DNA of 64,000 bases from a virus (lineage: Duplodnaviria > Caudoviricetes), in the IMG/VR virus record IMGVR_UViG_3300044556_000086, positions 29,434 through 93,433 of that record. One strand, written 5' to 3'. Position numbers and translations under genes: made by a program. The notes below the pieces were generated by a model, which was given only the letters and a program-made list of their open reading frames with translations, was not told where the DNA came from and ran no database searches. Below, one piece after another: positions 39,901-48,348 of the stretch (positions are counted from its first letter, which is position 1; the number at the start of each line of letters is the position of its first letter).

Positions 39901-40301
39901 CCACGGATACTGCTAAGTATTATTATGCTCCGTATATAGTTAATACCGTAGCCAATCAGTCCACGGATATTACGTCTAACTATATAGATATTGGCATCCA
40001 TATTCAATGTCCAGAAAACAATGACGAATCATATATCAAATACGAAAAATACAAAAACGGGGTATACTTCCCGTATTTAGTCGGAGGCTCGTCAAGTACC
40101 TATGCCTGCGATATGGTATGGAGATATGGCGCAGGGAAATATACAGGTTCCGTAGAGCTTATGTGTTTCGGCCGCTGTGACTGGGACGCTTCTGCCTATG
40201 GATTGTCCCGGTTGCACCTCGGCAACAGGTTGAGTATCACTTGGTGGCACCGCTGCTCCCGCCTTTCTCCAAATGGTAATCGGGGGGCATGGGGGGCGTA
40301 G
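36930..40301 (+). CDS. tail fibre / receptor-binding protein with C-terminal DGR-type (CLec-like) variable region
   Basis: KD.NTIYF, AINE and Ala/Ser repeats; C-terminal GGSSSTY.CD...FG..W..G...L...WW..SRLS. Confidence 0.85.
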   Translation: MAYNVQFTRCLQEKFDALETKDNNTIYFITDTPALYLGSVKYTSVTELAAALTRISASETSVTNLTNALSGISLSTKGSVKSAIDGVSTSLNTKTGSLTNLKTASKTDIVSAINEVYVAVDTGGTASVVTLTKEATANSGYLSTYTLYQGTKSIGQIDIPKDLVVTSGSVVKATADEPINGMTSGEFIKLVIQNQDDPIYINASSLVDVYTAKSGADKIQLSIVGGVISADVVAKSIGTSDLADSSITTVKLADENITDAKIARGTITKGALATAIQSSLTKADSAVQSVTAGTSNGTVKVNGTDLSVTGLKSAAYTESSAYDIAGAANAVKSTVTGASTDTATTLTLYGLKAKDASLESSINSLTNTVNNLNVTDSEKSGYYVSAVSQTNGKIAVTREALPDYSTVAANANTAMNTANIAASSASASATNAKTSASEAESSNQQAKKWASATESPDGAVDTDSPTGKTQSSRSWALESKANAESVSSSARTAATQAYSSSSSAASASASASNAKTSATSAESSNQQAKSWAIATDSPDGATDTGSSTGKTQSARSWALSAKASASDAKNYSDTLIPILFDGTVDTYNKVQRTWFLSNGAETADAATLTSLVDKWYTITRPDWDGYVEFYNPDVSSVTTGTKRGDLAGMVCEPSTTTVAGRDDFAGNPLFAVTTVNWVMNGTEPQITAIKGITSNYEQDNPAKYVGVVQMSGYHYWTDPTEQKTDTYMEGYCSKYKNKYSHIEPLPESIRVDKTIRPWVIHAKYLGGVDSDGKATCCSGQVIKDQVSHNNWHDTVKNNGPTYSGWCICDLSFLKLMTHIKFASLTLDNIMNGCFSYYLQDYVALAESDTNRVLIASTGNDYVVGSRIFIGANKQSDGIMEMTQNANTYSLSGRDGRIVTSVQTVTIDGTTYKAIYFTGSPITTYINDPSTGFTVAIHTAWWNTGSTDDVLGNTGSIDNKDQRYPIMLQGIEFACGQYEIPVDCIVKYWQDTTDTAKYYYAPYIVNTVANQSTDITSNYIDIGIHIQCPENNDESYIKYEKYKNGVYFPYLVGGSSSTYACDMVWRYGAGKYTGSVELMCFGRCDWDASAYGLSRLHLGNRLSITWWHRCSRLSPNGNRGAWGA
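38200..38625 (+). repeat. internal ~80-aa tandem repeat in the tail fibre
   Basis: NAKTSA..AESSNQQAK.WA.AT.SPDGA.DT.S.TGKTQS.RSWAL occurs twice. Confidence 0.9.
40161..40268 (+). repeat. DGR variable region (VR)
   Basis: Gapless 108-nt match to 40326-40433, at the 3' end of the fibre gene. Confidence 0.75.
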
Positions 40302-40307
40302 CCCACC
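40291..40307 (+). promoter_or_regulatory. short GC-rich hairpin after the VR (DGR cruciform-like)
   Basis: GG-G-GGGC GTA GCCC-A-CC overlapping the stop codon. Confidence 0.45.
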
Positions 40308-40325
40308 ACAAAGGGATGCATGATG

Positions 40326-40433
40326 ATTTGTTTTGGCAGCCTGAACTGGGGCGTTGGCCCCTTTGGCCTGTCTTACCTGAACCTCAACAACAGGTTGGGT
40401 AACACTTGGTGGAACTACTGCTCCCGCAATTCT
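40326..40433 (+). repeat. DGR template repeat (TR), partly degenerate
   Basis: AAC-rich copy; in the 3' 54 nt, 8 of 10 mismatches to the VR are at TR adenines. Confidence 0.7.
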
Positions 40434-40499
40434 GAACAATTAATTTTACTCTTCGTAATGCTCAGTCAATCATTGGGCGGATAGAAAGGAAGAAATCGA

Positions 40500-40802
40500 A
40501 TGAAAGTTTATTATGATTCTAAACCAGACGCTATTTTATATCAGCCGTTGCCTGATGGCACAGCAAATGTATATCTTCGCAAGAACATAGAACAGGCTGA
40601 ACGGTCTACGTTTAACGAAGATAAGGAAGAAAAGATAACCGTCTGGACAGCAGATGAAAAACAGATTATCACAACAATGACTAAAGACGAAGTTACTACT
40701 AGCTTCGACTCTTTATTTTTGTCTGCCGACATCCCTACTCCGACACTGGAAACGCGGGTAATGGCTCTGGAACAGGTAATCATGGAGGTAAACAATGGCT
40801 AG
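40500..40802 (+). CDS. tail-fibre-associated small protein
   Basis: VYLRKNIEQ...W.ADE...PTLE.RV.ALEQ; typical position after a fibre gene. Confidence 0.7.
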   Translation: MKVYYDSKPDAILYQPLPDGTANVYLRKNIEQAERSTFNEDKEEKITVWTADEKQIITTMTKDEVTTSFDSLFLSADIPTPTLETRVMALEQVIMEVNNG

Positions 40803-40902
40803 ATTTTATGCAATTCAGGTAATCCTTGGACATATTACGATTGATAAAGTACCGGAAAAGTATCGTGATGCAGTTATTAAAATTCTTGAATCTTATAACT
40901 AA
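40795..40902 (+). CDS. XkdX/CD1375-like mini-protein (35 aa)
   Basis: GGAGG RBS; MARFYAIQVILGHITIDKVPEKYRDAV. Confidence 0.7.
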   Translation: MARFYAIQVILGHITIDKVPEKYRDAVIKILESYN

Positions 40903-41188
40903 AGGAGCAGTACTTATTAAAAGGTGGTGATATAGCTGGCTAAACAAGTAGGAAAATCAAAAAGGGTCAAGGAGTTTGATGTCGGTTCTCTGGTCGGTGG
41001 GATGGATGTGGCCACTGGCCCTTGGCTCCTTCATTCAAAAGAATCACCTCATGCCGTATTACAATTAACAAGTTACAACAAAATATAGGGATATAGTTAT
41101 TAAAATTCTTAAATCTTACAATTAAAGGGGATTAGTTTGCTCGCTTCTATTATTACATCATTAACCGTAACAGTCATTACAACATTTT

Positions 41189-41708
41189 GTGCTTATATAT
41201 GGGGACGCCATACGAAACAAAAATGGAAGTACCATCAAATACAAACCGAGCGAAATGGCTGATGCTATTAATGATATAACGACACAAGATAATACTGTTC
41301 TAAATAGTATATTAGACCGCAGTATATCAGGGGATTACGTAAACGACGATTTAACCAAAGCAGGAAACTATGCGTTTGCAAGTTGCAACAACCTTACATC
41401 TGCCACTTTTACGAAATTGACAAAAATTGTTAGGGATTCTTTTTGCTACTGTAGGTCATTAGAATCAATATCTTTACAGGAAGTTAAAGTCTCTTAGCAT
41501 GCCAAAAATCGAGGTGATAAGTTCTGACAGTTCTTATTGGGGGATATTTAGTGGTACTTATGAGATGAAAACGATTAACATCCCATCTACGATTAAATCA
41601 ATTGGAAAGTACGCATTTGATGGGTCAAGTATAACTACTATCAATATAGATAAACCTTTTAATTCTATTTCTGGGGCTCCATGGGGTTCTACAGGGGCCA
41701 ATGGGTAG
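41189..41708 (+). pseudogene. fragmented BspA-type leucine-rich-repeat protein
   Basis: GNYAFASCNNLTS, SFCYCRSLESI and IKSIGKYAF split across 41189..41497 and 41499..41708. Confidence 0.7.
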
Positions 41709-41740
41709 ATTATGAGTATGGAAAGTATATTAAATAGACA

Positions 41741-41839
41741 GTTACAATTACGGCTAGTTCTGTAGTATCTAGTACTACATCTAGTTCTTATGGGTTCTGG
41801 TATTCTTATTCTATAGACTACGAAGGGTGTACTTTATAA
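41741..41839 (+). pseudogene. remnant paralogous to the C-terminus of 35137..36213
   Basis: TITASSVVSSTTSSSYGFWYSYSIDYEGCT vs TLTASSVVSDTTYSSYGFKNKYSISYSGCT. Confidence 0.7.
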
Positions 41840-41889
41840 GTAATCTAAGTTGTACTTTAATTCTGATACATGGTGAGGAGTGATATAAA

Positions 41890-42762
41890 TTGCAGACGAT
41901 ACGACAGGGGTTGAATGTACATACAGATAATTTATCCTCTCTGGCTAATAAAGATATACAGGTAAATTCTGGGGTTGTACAGAAGTATGAAACCTCAACG
42001 GGTTCTGTTACGATAAAACAAGGGGTAGATGTATATGTAGTAACTCCTACAAATAATGCTGTAACCGTAACGATACCTAGTGGATTGGGCATCGATAACT
42101 ATGTACGCACGGTAGAGATTATAATTCATAACTCTAGTAATACTAACTCTAATACTGTAACGGTAAGTCAGACAGGGTATTCTATAGCTTATGGGTATAC
42201 TTCCTATACATTCGTTACCAATCTAGTATTAAATGTATCTATTCTAGGAACGTTACTGATTATTAGGTCTTCTGATGATGTAGTGGGAAGGGCTGTATCT
42301 GATAGTGTAGGGAATCCTATATTGACTACCTATGCTAAGAAGACGGATGTAGTCAATAAATCTACTCAGTTAACGGATATACAGGATTTAAATACTATAA
42401 AAACAGAAGGTATTTATTATCAGTCTTTAAATGTTTATGCAACAGCTGCTAATCATTATCCCGTAACGAAGGCAGGTTCTTTGGTAGTGTTAAAGAATAG
42501 TGCTAATGGTGCTGATGGGTGTACGCAGTTGTACTATCCGTATGAAACACAGGTACAATATCAGAGGAAATATCTAGTAGCTGGTACTTCATGGACTCCT
42601 TGGGATACAGGGGTTAATAGTCTGATGAGGAATACAGCTTATAAAGTAGGGGACATTGCCTATAGTCCGAATTTACCTTCCTGGGCTTATCTGGAATGTA
42701 TTACAGCTGGAACAACAGGTGATACAGAACCAGATTTTAGTACAGTAGGGGGGGGGCAATAG
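41890..42762 (+). CDS. tail fibre protein with pyocin-knob-like domain; extended via G9 frameshift
   Basis: DLNTIKTEGIYYQ...NHYP...AGSL.V; RNTAYKVGDI...LECITAGTTG..EP; ends at the G9 tract. Confidence 0.8.
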   Translation: MQTIRQGLNVHTDNLSSLANKDIQVNSGVVQKYETSTGSVTIKQGVDVYVVTPTNNAVTVTIPSGLGIDNYVRTVEIIIHNSSNTNSNTVTVSQTGYSIAYGYTSYTFVTNLVLNVSILGTLLIIRSSDDVVGRAVSDSVGNPILTTYAKKTDVVNKSTQLTDIQDLNTIKTEGIYYQSLNVYATAANHYPVTKAGSLVVLKNSANGADGCTQLYYPYETQVQYQRKYLVAGTSWTPWDTGVNSLMRNTAYKVGDIAYSPNLPSWAYLECITAGTTGDTEPDFSTVGGGQ

Positions 42763-43202
42763 TTAATGATGGAAGTGCTACTTTCAAAATACGAAGCATA
42801 GCAGAGTTAGTAAAGAACCTTGAAGATTTACAAACTAAGAATACACAGTTAGTTAACCAATTGGAAGAATTAACAACAGTGCAGCACGTAAATGTTCAGT
42901 TTAATTCAACATATGTACAAAATGTGCAGGTTTATAAAATTGGATATGTTGTGTGTGGATATTTAAGTTTTATAAAAAGTACAACAGAGGCAGACTTACC
43001 TATCATTACAAATTTGCCAAAGGCTATATCCGAATGGGGTGCTGTAGTTATACCTTTTAGGGCACATTATTCTGATGGAAATTTTTTACGTGTACATATG
43101 AATATGGGTGAAACGGTTATTAATTTACACTACTCTACATCATGGGAATCTACACAAGGAAACGAAGCTGAATTGAGTTTTACATATATAACAGCTGGTT
43201 AA
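42757..43202 (+). CDS. out-of-frame continuation of the 41890 fibre gene (ORF track start 42861)
   Basis: The -1 frame after G9 reads IVNDGSATFKIRS... and is open to 43202. Confidence 0.65.
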
Positions 43203-43222
43203 TGAAAGAGGGAGGATAATAT

Positions 43223-43685
43223 ATGAGTAATATAACTGATGGTTCAGTAGTATTTAAGTTGAGGGATATTAGGTTGGATTCTATTCTTACCTCTGTATTA
43301 GATACAATTTACCCTGTTGGAAGTATATACATTACTACGAATTCCCCCCCCCTTCTCTAATTTAGGTTTTGGGGCATGGAAAGAAGTAAGTAGTGGTAGG
43401 GTTCTGCAAGGGGCAGACAGTACACATAGTGCTGATTCTACTATAGAAGCAGGGTTACCTAATATTTATGGTTGTGCTGGGGCAGTTGATGACCAATCGT
43501 ACTCCGGGGTATCAGGTGGGTTTTATAAGGGAAGTAACAATAACTATGATGCAGCTTCTGATGCTAATAGGGGTGGTGGATGGTATCTTTTATTAGATGC
43601 TTCACGTTGTTCCAATATTTATGGTTCCTCGTCTACTGTACAGCCACCAGCATATGTTGTTCATATATGGAAACGAGTTTCTTAA
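43223..43685 (+). pseudogene. gp10-C-like fibre cassette frameshifted at C9 (43344-43352)
   Basis: GGAGG RBS + MSNITDGSVVF...YPVGSIYITTNS, then +1 frame PFSNLGFGAW...; colinear with intact paralog 44303..44752. Confidence 0.75.
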
Positions 43686-44275
43686 TGAGTAATATAATAA
43701 GATATTTACTATATTCTGTTTTACAGATTATATGCATGATTCTGTGTTATCTTACAAACTGGTTAGTAGTGTTATTTTCTGATGAAGAAGGAGAACTATC
43801 AGGTATTTTTCATCTGTGGCAGACTTGGGATGATACCTTGGATAATCCTTCTTTCATAAATGACTCTCTACCTAAGTTCTTAGATTATGACTGGCATAGT
43901 CATTATGTTCAGTACTCTATCATAGATAAGTATAATCGAAAGGTCTATAAGGAAAGATTAATTAAAGGGTTTACAGTTAAAGATAGATTGAAACGGTATG
44001 TGTGTCGTGTGCTTTGGCTGTATCGTAATTGTGGGTATGGTTTCGCTTATTATATCTTTGGTAGGAATATTACTCAACCAATTCAGGTATATTGTAAGGA
44101 TAAAAGATACTATGCTGTTGACTCTAAAGGTGTATGGGTCTTTAAAAACGATAACCATATTATAGGTAATTGGTACTGGAAAGTATATTTAGGATGGAAG
44201 ATAGATATACACTCTACAGTAAATCATAGAGCTATGATAGCCACGAGGGTGTTTGTTAAGAGGAAAACTAAGTAA
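43685..44275 (+). CDS. membrane-anchored protein typical of fibre cassettes
   Basis: Hydrophobic N-terminus; WQTWD..LD; RVLWLYRNCGYGF; YLGWK. Confidence 0.7.
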   Translation: MSNIIRYLLYSVLQIICMILCYLTNWLVVLFSDEEGELSGIFHLWQTWDDTLDNPSFINDSLPKFLDYDWHSHYVQYSIIDKYNRKVYKERLIKGFTVKDRLKRYVCRVLWLYRNCGYGFAYYIFGRNITQPIQVYCKDKRYYAVDSKGVWVFKNDNHIIGNWYWKVYLGWKIDIHSTVNHRAMIATRVFVKRKTK

Positions 44276-44302
44276 TAATTCTAGTATAAGGAGGTCTAAA
44301 AT

Positions 44303-44752
44303 TTGTTACAGATTGCAGATGGTACTGTTAAATTTACAGTACGGGATAGTCGATTAAATTCTCTGCTGGAAATTCTTTATCCAGTGGGGTCTATAAAGAT
44401 AACAGTAAGTAGTACAGCTCCTTTTTCTGACTTAGGTTTTGGCACCTGGGAAGAAGTATCTAAGGGTCGTGTCTTGTGGGGTGCAGATGATAGTCATGCC
44501 GCAGGAAGTACGATAGAAGCGGGACTACCTAATATCAAGGGTAGATTAGGGCCAATGGATGATATGTCTAGTGAAACAGTAGATGGTGTTTTTTATAGAG
44601 GGGATAATAGAGCTTATGATGCTAAATCAGATCTTAGTGGTGATGGATGGTGTCTCGGTTTTGACGCATCTCGTTCTTCTAGTGTCTATGGTAAATCTGA
44701 TACAGTCACCCCCCCCTCTTACGTCGTTCATTTCTGGCAAAGGGTCAGCTAG
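44303..44752 (+). CDS. gp10-C-like tail fibre cassette
   Basis: YPVGSI...GTW...GRVL.G...EAGLPNI.G...FDASRSS..YG...V.PP.Y.V..W.R. Confidence 0.8.
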   Translation: MLQIADGTVKFTVRDSRLNSLLEILYPVGSIKITVSSTAPFSDLGFGTWEEVSKGRVLWGADDSHAAGSTIEAGLPNIKGRLGPMDDMSSETVDGVFYRGDNRAYDAKSDLSGDGWCLGFDASRSSSVYGKSDTVTPPSYVVHFWQRVS

Positions 44753-44780
44753 TCCGTATCTTAGGGAGGTAGTGTAGGGT

Positions 44781-45263
44781 ATGAGTACTATAACAGATGG
44801 TACAGTAAAGTTTGCTGTAAGAAAGATGGGGGGGGGGCAGTTGAATACTGGATTCATAGTAGCTTTCTCAGGTTCATTTAGTAATGGATACCCAGTAGAT
44901 AAAGAGACAGGATTAGTAGATACATCTTGGCATGTATGTGATGGGACGAACGGAACACCAGATTTGAGAGGTAGGTTTATTCTAGGGGCATCTGATACCT
45001 ATAAGGTAGGAAGTACAGGTGGTGAAGCAGAACACAGTCTTAATATAGATGAACTTCCAACTTTTACTCCATCAATTAAAGTATCACTAGATGAAAATCA
45101 TTTATATTCAAATGGTTTGTGGCATGTCACTAGGGATTGTGTTGCAGGTGGGTATGATTCTCCAAAAAATAGTAGTACTCCATTTGAATCAGTAGGTGGT
45201 AATCAGCCTCATAATAATATGCCACCATACTATACTTTAAGTTATATAATGAAGATAGGATAA
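44781..45263 (+). CDS. tail collar-type fibre cassette
   Basis: W..CDGTNGTPDLRGRFILGA...GSTGG...HNNMPPYY.L.YIMK. Confidence 0.85.
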   Translation: MSTITDGTVKFAVRKMGGGQLNTGFIVAFSGSFSNGYPVDKETGLVDTSWHVCDGTNGTPDLRGRFILGASDTYKVGSTGGEAEHSLNIDELPTFTPSIKVSLDENHLYSNGLWHVTRDCVAGGYDSPKNSSTPFESVGGNQPHNNMPPYYTLSYIMKIG

Positions 45264-45750
45264 TACTTAATCTAATCATTCAGAAGTCCTTCTTATCTAT
45301 AGACTTGGGTATGACATAAGATACTAGATAAGAAAGTAAAATTCATTAATTATTTTATTAAAATTTACTGTCATTCGACAAGAAATATTATAAATGATAT
45401 GATGTACGTAATAGCGAACTTGTGGTACCGTTGGTTTAGAAAGGTTGATGCTGGGGGGGGTGACCCGCTCTTAAATCAATTAAGAGTTTAACAGGGTTCT
45501 GCCAGATTCGTAAAAACCAACCAAGCTACACATGCAACCGCACAATAGGCAACATTTGCCGAAAATAATGAAAAAGTATTCCCGAACGTTCATGCCGACG
45601 GGATAGAGGGCGCAGTGTCACGTCCATCAGTAGTAGCCATTTACTAGTGAACTGTAAAATTTATTAAAATATTTAGTGTATTTTGCTATATATTTTACAA
45701 TAAATAAGACATGTTTATAACTCATATTTAGGGATGAGGAAGAAGAAGTC

Positions 45751-45948
45751 ATGTTTAATATATCATCTACTCCGATGCGGGCTGGATATAGACTTATAGA
45801 GGTAGTACAGCCAGTAAATGGATATATAAAGATAGACGGTGAGATTGTTACGTCTAAAGTAGTACAAACTGGAACAGTTGTACATATAGAAGTAGGTAGT
45901 TACGGGAACCAGAGTAGTGACTACCTAAATTTAGAATACAGGAAATGA
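45751..45948 (+). CDS. small hypothetical protein
   Basis: RBS-like purine run; 65 aa. Confidence 0.4.
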   Translation: MFNISSTPMRAGYRLIEVVQPVNGYIKIDGEIVTSKVVQTGTVVHIEVGSYGNQSSDYLNLEYRK

Positions 45949-45983
45949 TTTTTTTGCTCTAGTGGGAGGTGAAATGAAGATAT

Positions 45984-46913
45984 ATGGCTATATCTTATGA
46001 TTTACGGATAAACGATAGTACACGAATTTCAGAGACAGTAAGTTCTCTCCCATTAGGGTTTATTTTTTATTCTGCTAATGGGTCGAGTACTTTTACAGGG
46101 GCTTTACCTCTAACTGGTGGTTTATATTCTAGGACAACATATAGCACCTTATGGAGTTACATCAACACAAAGGAAGGTGATGTAATCTCTGATTCTGATT
46201 GGAATACAAAGAAAAGTTCTAATTCTACAGTTCCTTATTACTCCTCTGGGGATGGTTCCACTACGTTCCGGGTACCGGATATTACAACTGTACCTTCAGA
46301 TGGTGGTAAGTGGTACGTCAATGCTCTCGGGTATATCACGAATGTAGGGAGTACAGACGTATCTACCTTATATACAGACTGCTATAAGGTATCTGGGGGT
46401 ACCATTACAGGGGATGTGACTATCAATAAAGCCTTGAAAGTTACAGGGGATGTCACGTGTAGTGGTTCCATTACAGGTTCAAAGGTATATAACGCATACT
46501 ATAATGACTATGCCGAATTCTTTCCGAGGGGTGAGAAGACAGAACCTGGAGATATCATAGCTTTAGATATGGATTCTGATGAAGAAAGGTATGTCAAGGC
46601 CACGGAGCATAGCAGGGTAGTAGGGGTACACTCTAATGAATTTGCTATGTTGATTGGTGGTAAACCTGTACCTGTAGGGGAAGATTTCTATAAGTATAAT
46701 CTGAAGGACTATATACCTGTATCTTTGGTAGGCCGTGTTACTGTAAAAGTTAGGGGTCTGGTAAAGAGAGGGGATTTATTGGTATGTTCTGCTACAAGGG
46801 GAGTAGGCAGGGTATATGATGAATCTAAAGATAGTCCAGTAGATATTTTTGGTATGTGTGTCGTAGGTTCCGACCGTGATGACTTACATACTGTAAAGGT
46901 ATTACTAAGATAG
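45984..46913 (+). CDS. tail fibre with collar domain and C-terminal intramolecular-chaperone (peptidase G2-like) domain
   Basis: G.L.L.G...SR..Y..LW...GDGSTTFRVPD; YNDYAEFF...GD...VGV.S...V.L.GRV.VKV.G....GD.L. Confidence 0.8.
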   Translation: MAISYDLRINDSTRISETVSSLPLGFIFYSANGSSTFTGALPLTGGLYSRTTYSTLWSYINTKEGDVISDSDWNTKKSSNSTVPYYSSGDGSTTFRVPDITTVPSDGGKWYVNALGYITNVGSTDVSTLYTDCYKVSGGTITGDVTINKALKVTGDVTCSGSITGSKVYNAYYNDYAEFFPRGEKTEPGDIIALDMDSDEERYVKATEHSRVVGVHSNEFAMLIGGKPVPVGEDFYKYNLKDYIPVSLVGRVTVKVRGLVKRGDLLVCSATRGVGRVYDESKDSPVDIFGMCVVGSDRDDLHTVKVLLR

Positions 46914-46929
46914 ATTGAGGAGTGTATAA

Positions 46930-48042
46930 ATGGGAGACAGGAAATGTTTTGTAGCTAAAAATGTAGATACATTCTTTATCATGCTGGGTATGGAGTGTAA
47001 TTTGAACTGTAAGTATTGCTTACAGCATGATTTAGTGGAACATCCGATACAGCACGACATTAACCCAGATATCTATGACTTCATAGAAGGTTGTGTAAAA
47101 GCTACTGAAAATACCATACGAATACAGTTCTTTGGTGGTGAACCTCTACTATTCTTTGGGTCTATTAAAGAAATAGTCACAGAGTTGAATCGTAGGGAGT
47201 TAAATGTAGGCTATTCTGTCATTACAAATGGGAAAGCTATTACACAGGAAATGGTAGACTTCTTCATAGATAATGACTTTACAGTAGGTATCTCATGGGA
47301 TGGATTTAATGTAATCAACTCTAGGGGTTTCGATGTATTCAAAGAAGGTAGTAGACAGAGAAATCTTATCTTGCAGTTGCCTGACTTGTGGATAACTTCT
47401 GTACTAAGTGCTAGTGCCTATCCAAAGGAACTACTAGATGCTCAGCAAAAGATGGATGATGAATACATGAAACGGCATGGATATCATGCTAAGTTCAATG
47501 TAGATGACTTGATGACCTTTGGGGAACTTCCGAAAGAAGTATCTGATATAGACCTGGAAAGGGTAGAGTCTGAAGTAAGGGATATGGCAAAAGAGTTTAT
47601 TCATGATTTAAAGACTCAAGCAGATATCAGTGACCATTATACAAGGAATGTGTATATCAGTAGTAAGTACTTTCTGTTAAGGGGTTTCTATAAAAAAGAA
47701 CTGGAAAATGAAGAAGATAGATATACAGGGGAAAAGTGCTGTTGTGGAAATGGCTACTATACTCTAAACCTAGACCTTAATGGTAATTTACAGGTATGTC
47801 ATAATAAGTCCACTCCTATAGGTACGATTTATGATAACTATGATGAGTATATTAGTAAGATAAAAAGTAATGATACTACTCATGATAGGGTGGATATGTG
47901 TAGGGAATGTCCTGCTGTATTCTCTTGTCGAGGTGGCTGTAAGCTGATAGAAGATAAGTACAGGGATACATATTGTTCCCTAAAACGAGCTACAAACGTT
48001 CCGGTATTAGAAGAAGTATTGAAAATTAATCAAATGGAGTAG
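46930..48042 (+). CDS. radical SAM/SPASM enzyme 1
   Basis: CNLNCKYC; FFGGEP; ITNG; ISWDG; SPASM C..G...GNLQVCH...CRECP...CRGGC...YC. Confidence 0.95.
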   Translation: MGDRKCFVAKNVDTFFIMLGMECNLNCKYCLQHDLVEHPIQHDINPDIYDFIEGCVKATENTIRIQFFGGEPLLFFGSIKEIVTELNRRELNVGYSVITNGKAITQEMVDFFIDNDFTVGISWDGFNVINSRGFDVFKEGSRQRNLILQLPDLWITSVLSASAYPKELLDAQQKMDDEYMKRHGYHAKFNVDDLMTFGELPKEVSDIDLERVESEVRDMAKEFIHDLKTQADISDHYTRNVYISSKYFLLRGFYKKELENEEDRYTGEKCCCGNGYYTLNLDLNGNLQVCHNKSTPIGTIYDNYDEYISKIKSNDTTHDRVDMCRECPAVFSCRGGCKLIEDKYRDTYCSLKRATNVPVLEEVLKINQME

Positions 48043-48048
48043 TTCAGT

Positions 48049-48315
48049 ATGGCAAATGGAACAATAAATCAGACGAATTTCACAGATTATTCTGATATCC
48101 GGGCTACTGGAAGTACCGAGATTAAAGCAGTACACATTAATGAGATGCAGGATGCTTTGACTAAGTTGGAAACTTATGTCAAGGGTGTAGATAATTGTGG
48201 GTATACGAATTGTTGTCAGTCTTGTCAGAATTCCTGTACTTGTCAGAGTTGCCAGGGTTGTCAAGGTTGTCAGTCTTGTCAGAATTCGTGTACTTGTCAG
48301 AGTTGCCAAAGGTAA
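48049..48315 (+). CDS. Cys/Gln-repeat precursor-like protein A
   Basis: 13 Cys in the last 39 aa; CQSCQNSCTCQSCQ occurs twice. Confidence 0.85.
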   Translation: MANGTINQTNFTDYSDIRATGSTEIKAVHINEMQDALTKLETYVKGVDNCGYTNCCQSCQNSCTCQSCQGCQGCQSCQNSCTCQSCQR

Positions 48316-48348
48316 GTAAGTTTTATATTCTTATTGTGGGGTATGTAA

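Noticed and set aside
40092-40439. 115-aa minus-strand ORF with an internal repeat
   Set aside because: It is the antisense reading of the VR/TR duplication.
45264-45750. Possible ncRNA or tRNA in the intergenic gap
   Set aside because: I found no cloverleaf or known RNA motif, only short degenerate ORF-like pieces with a G8 tract.
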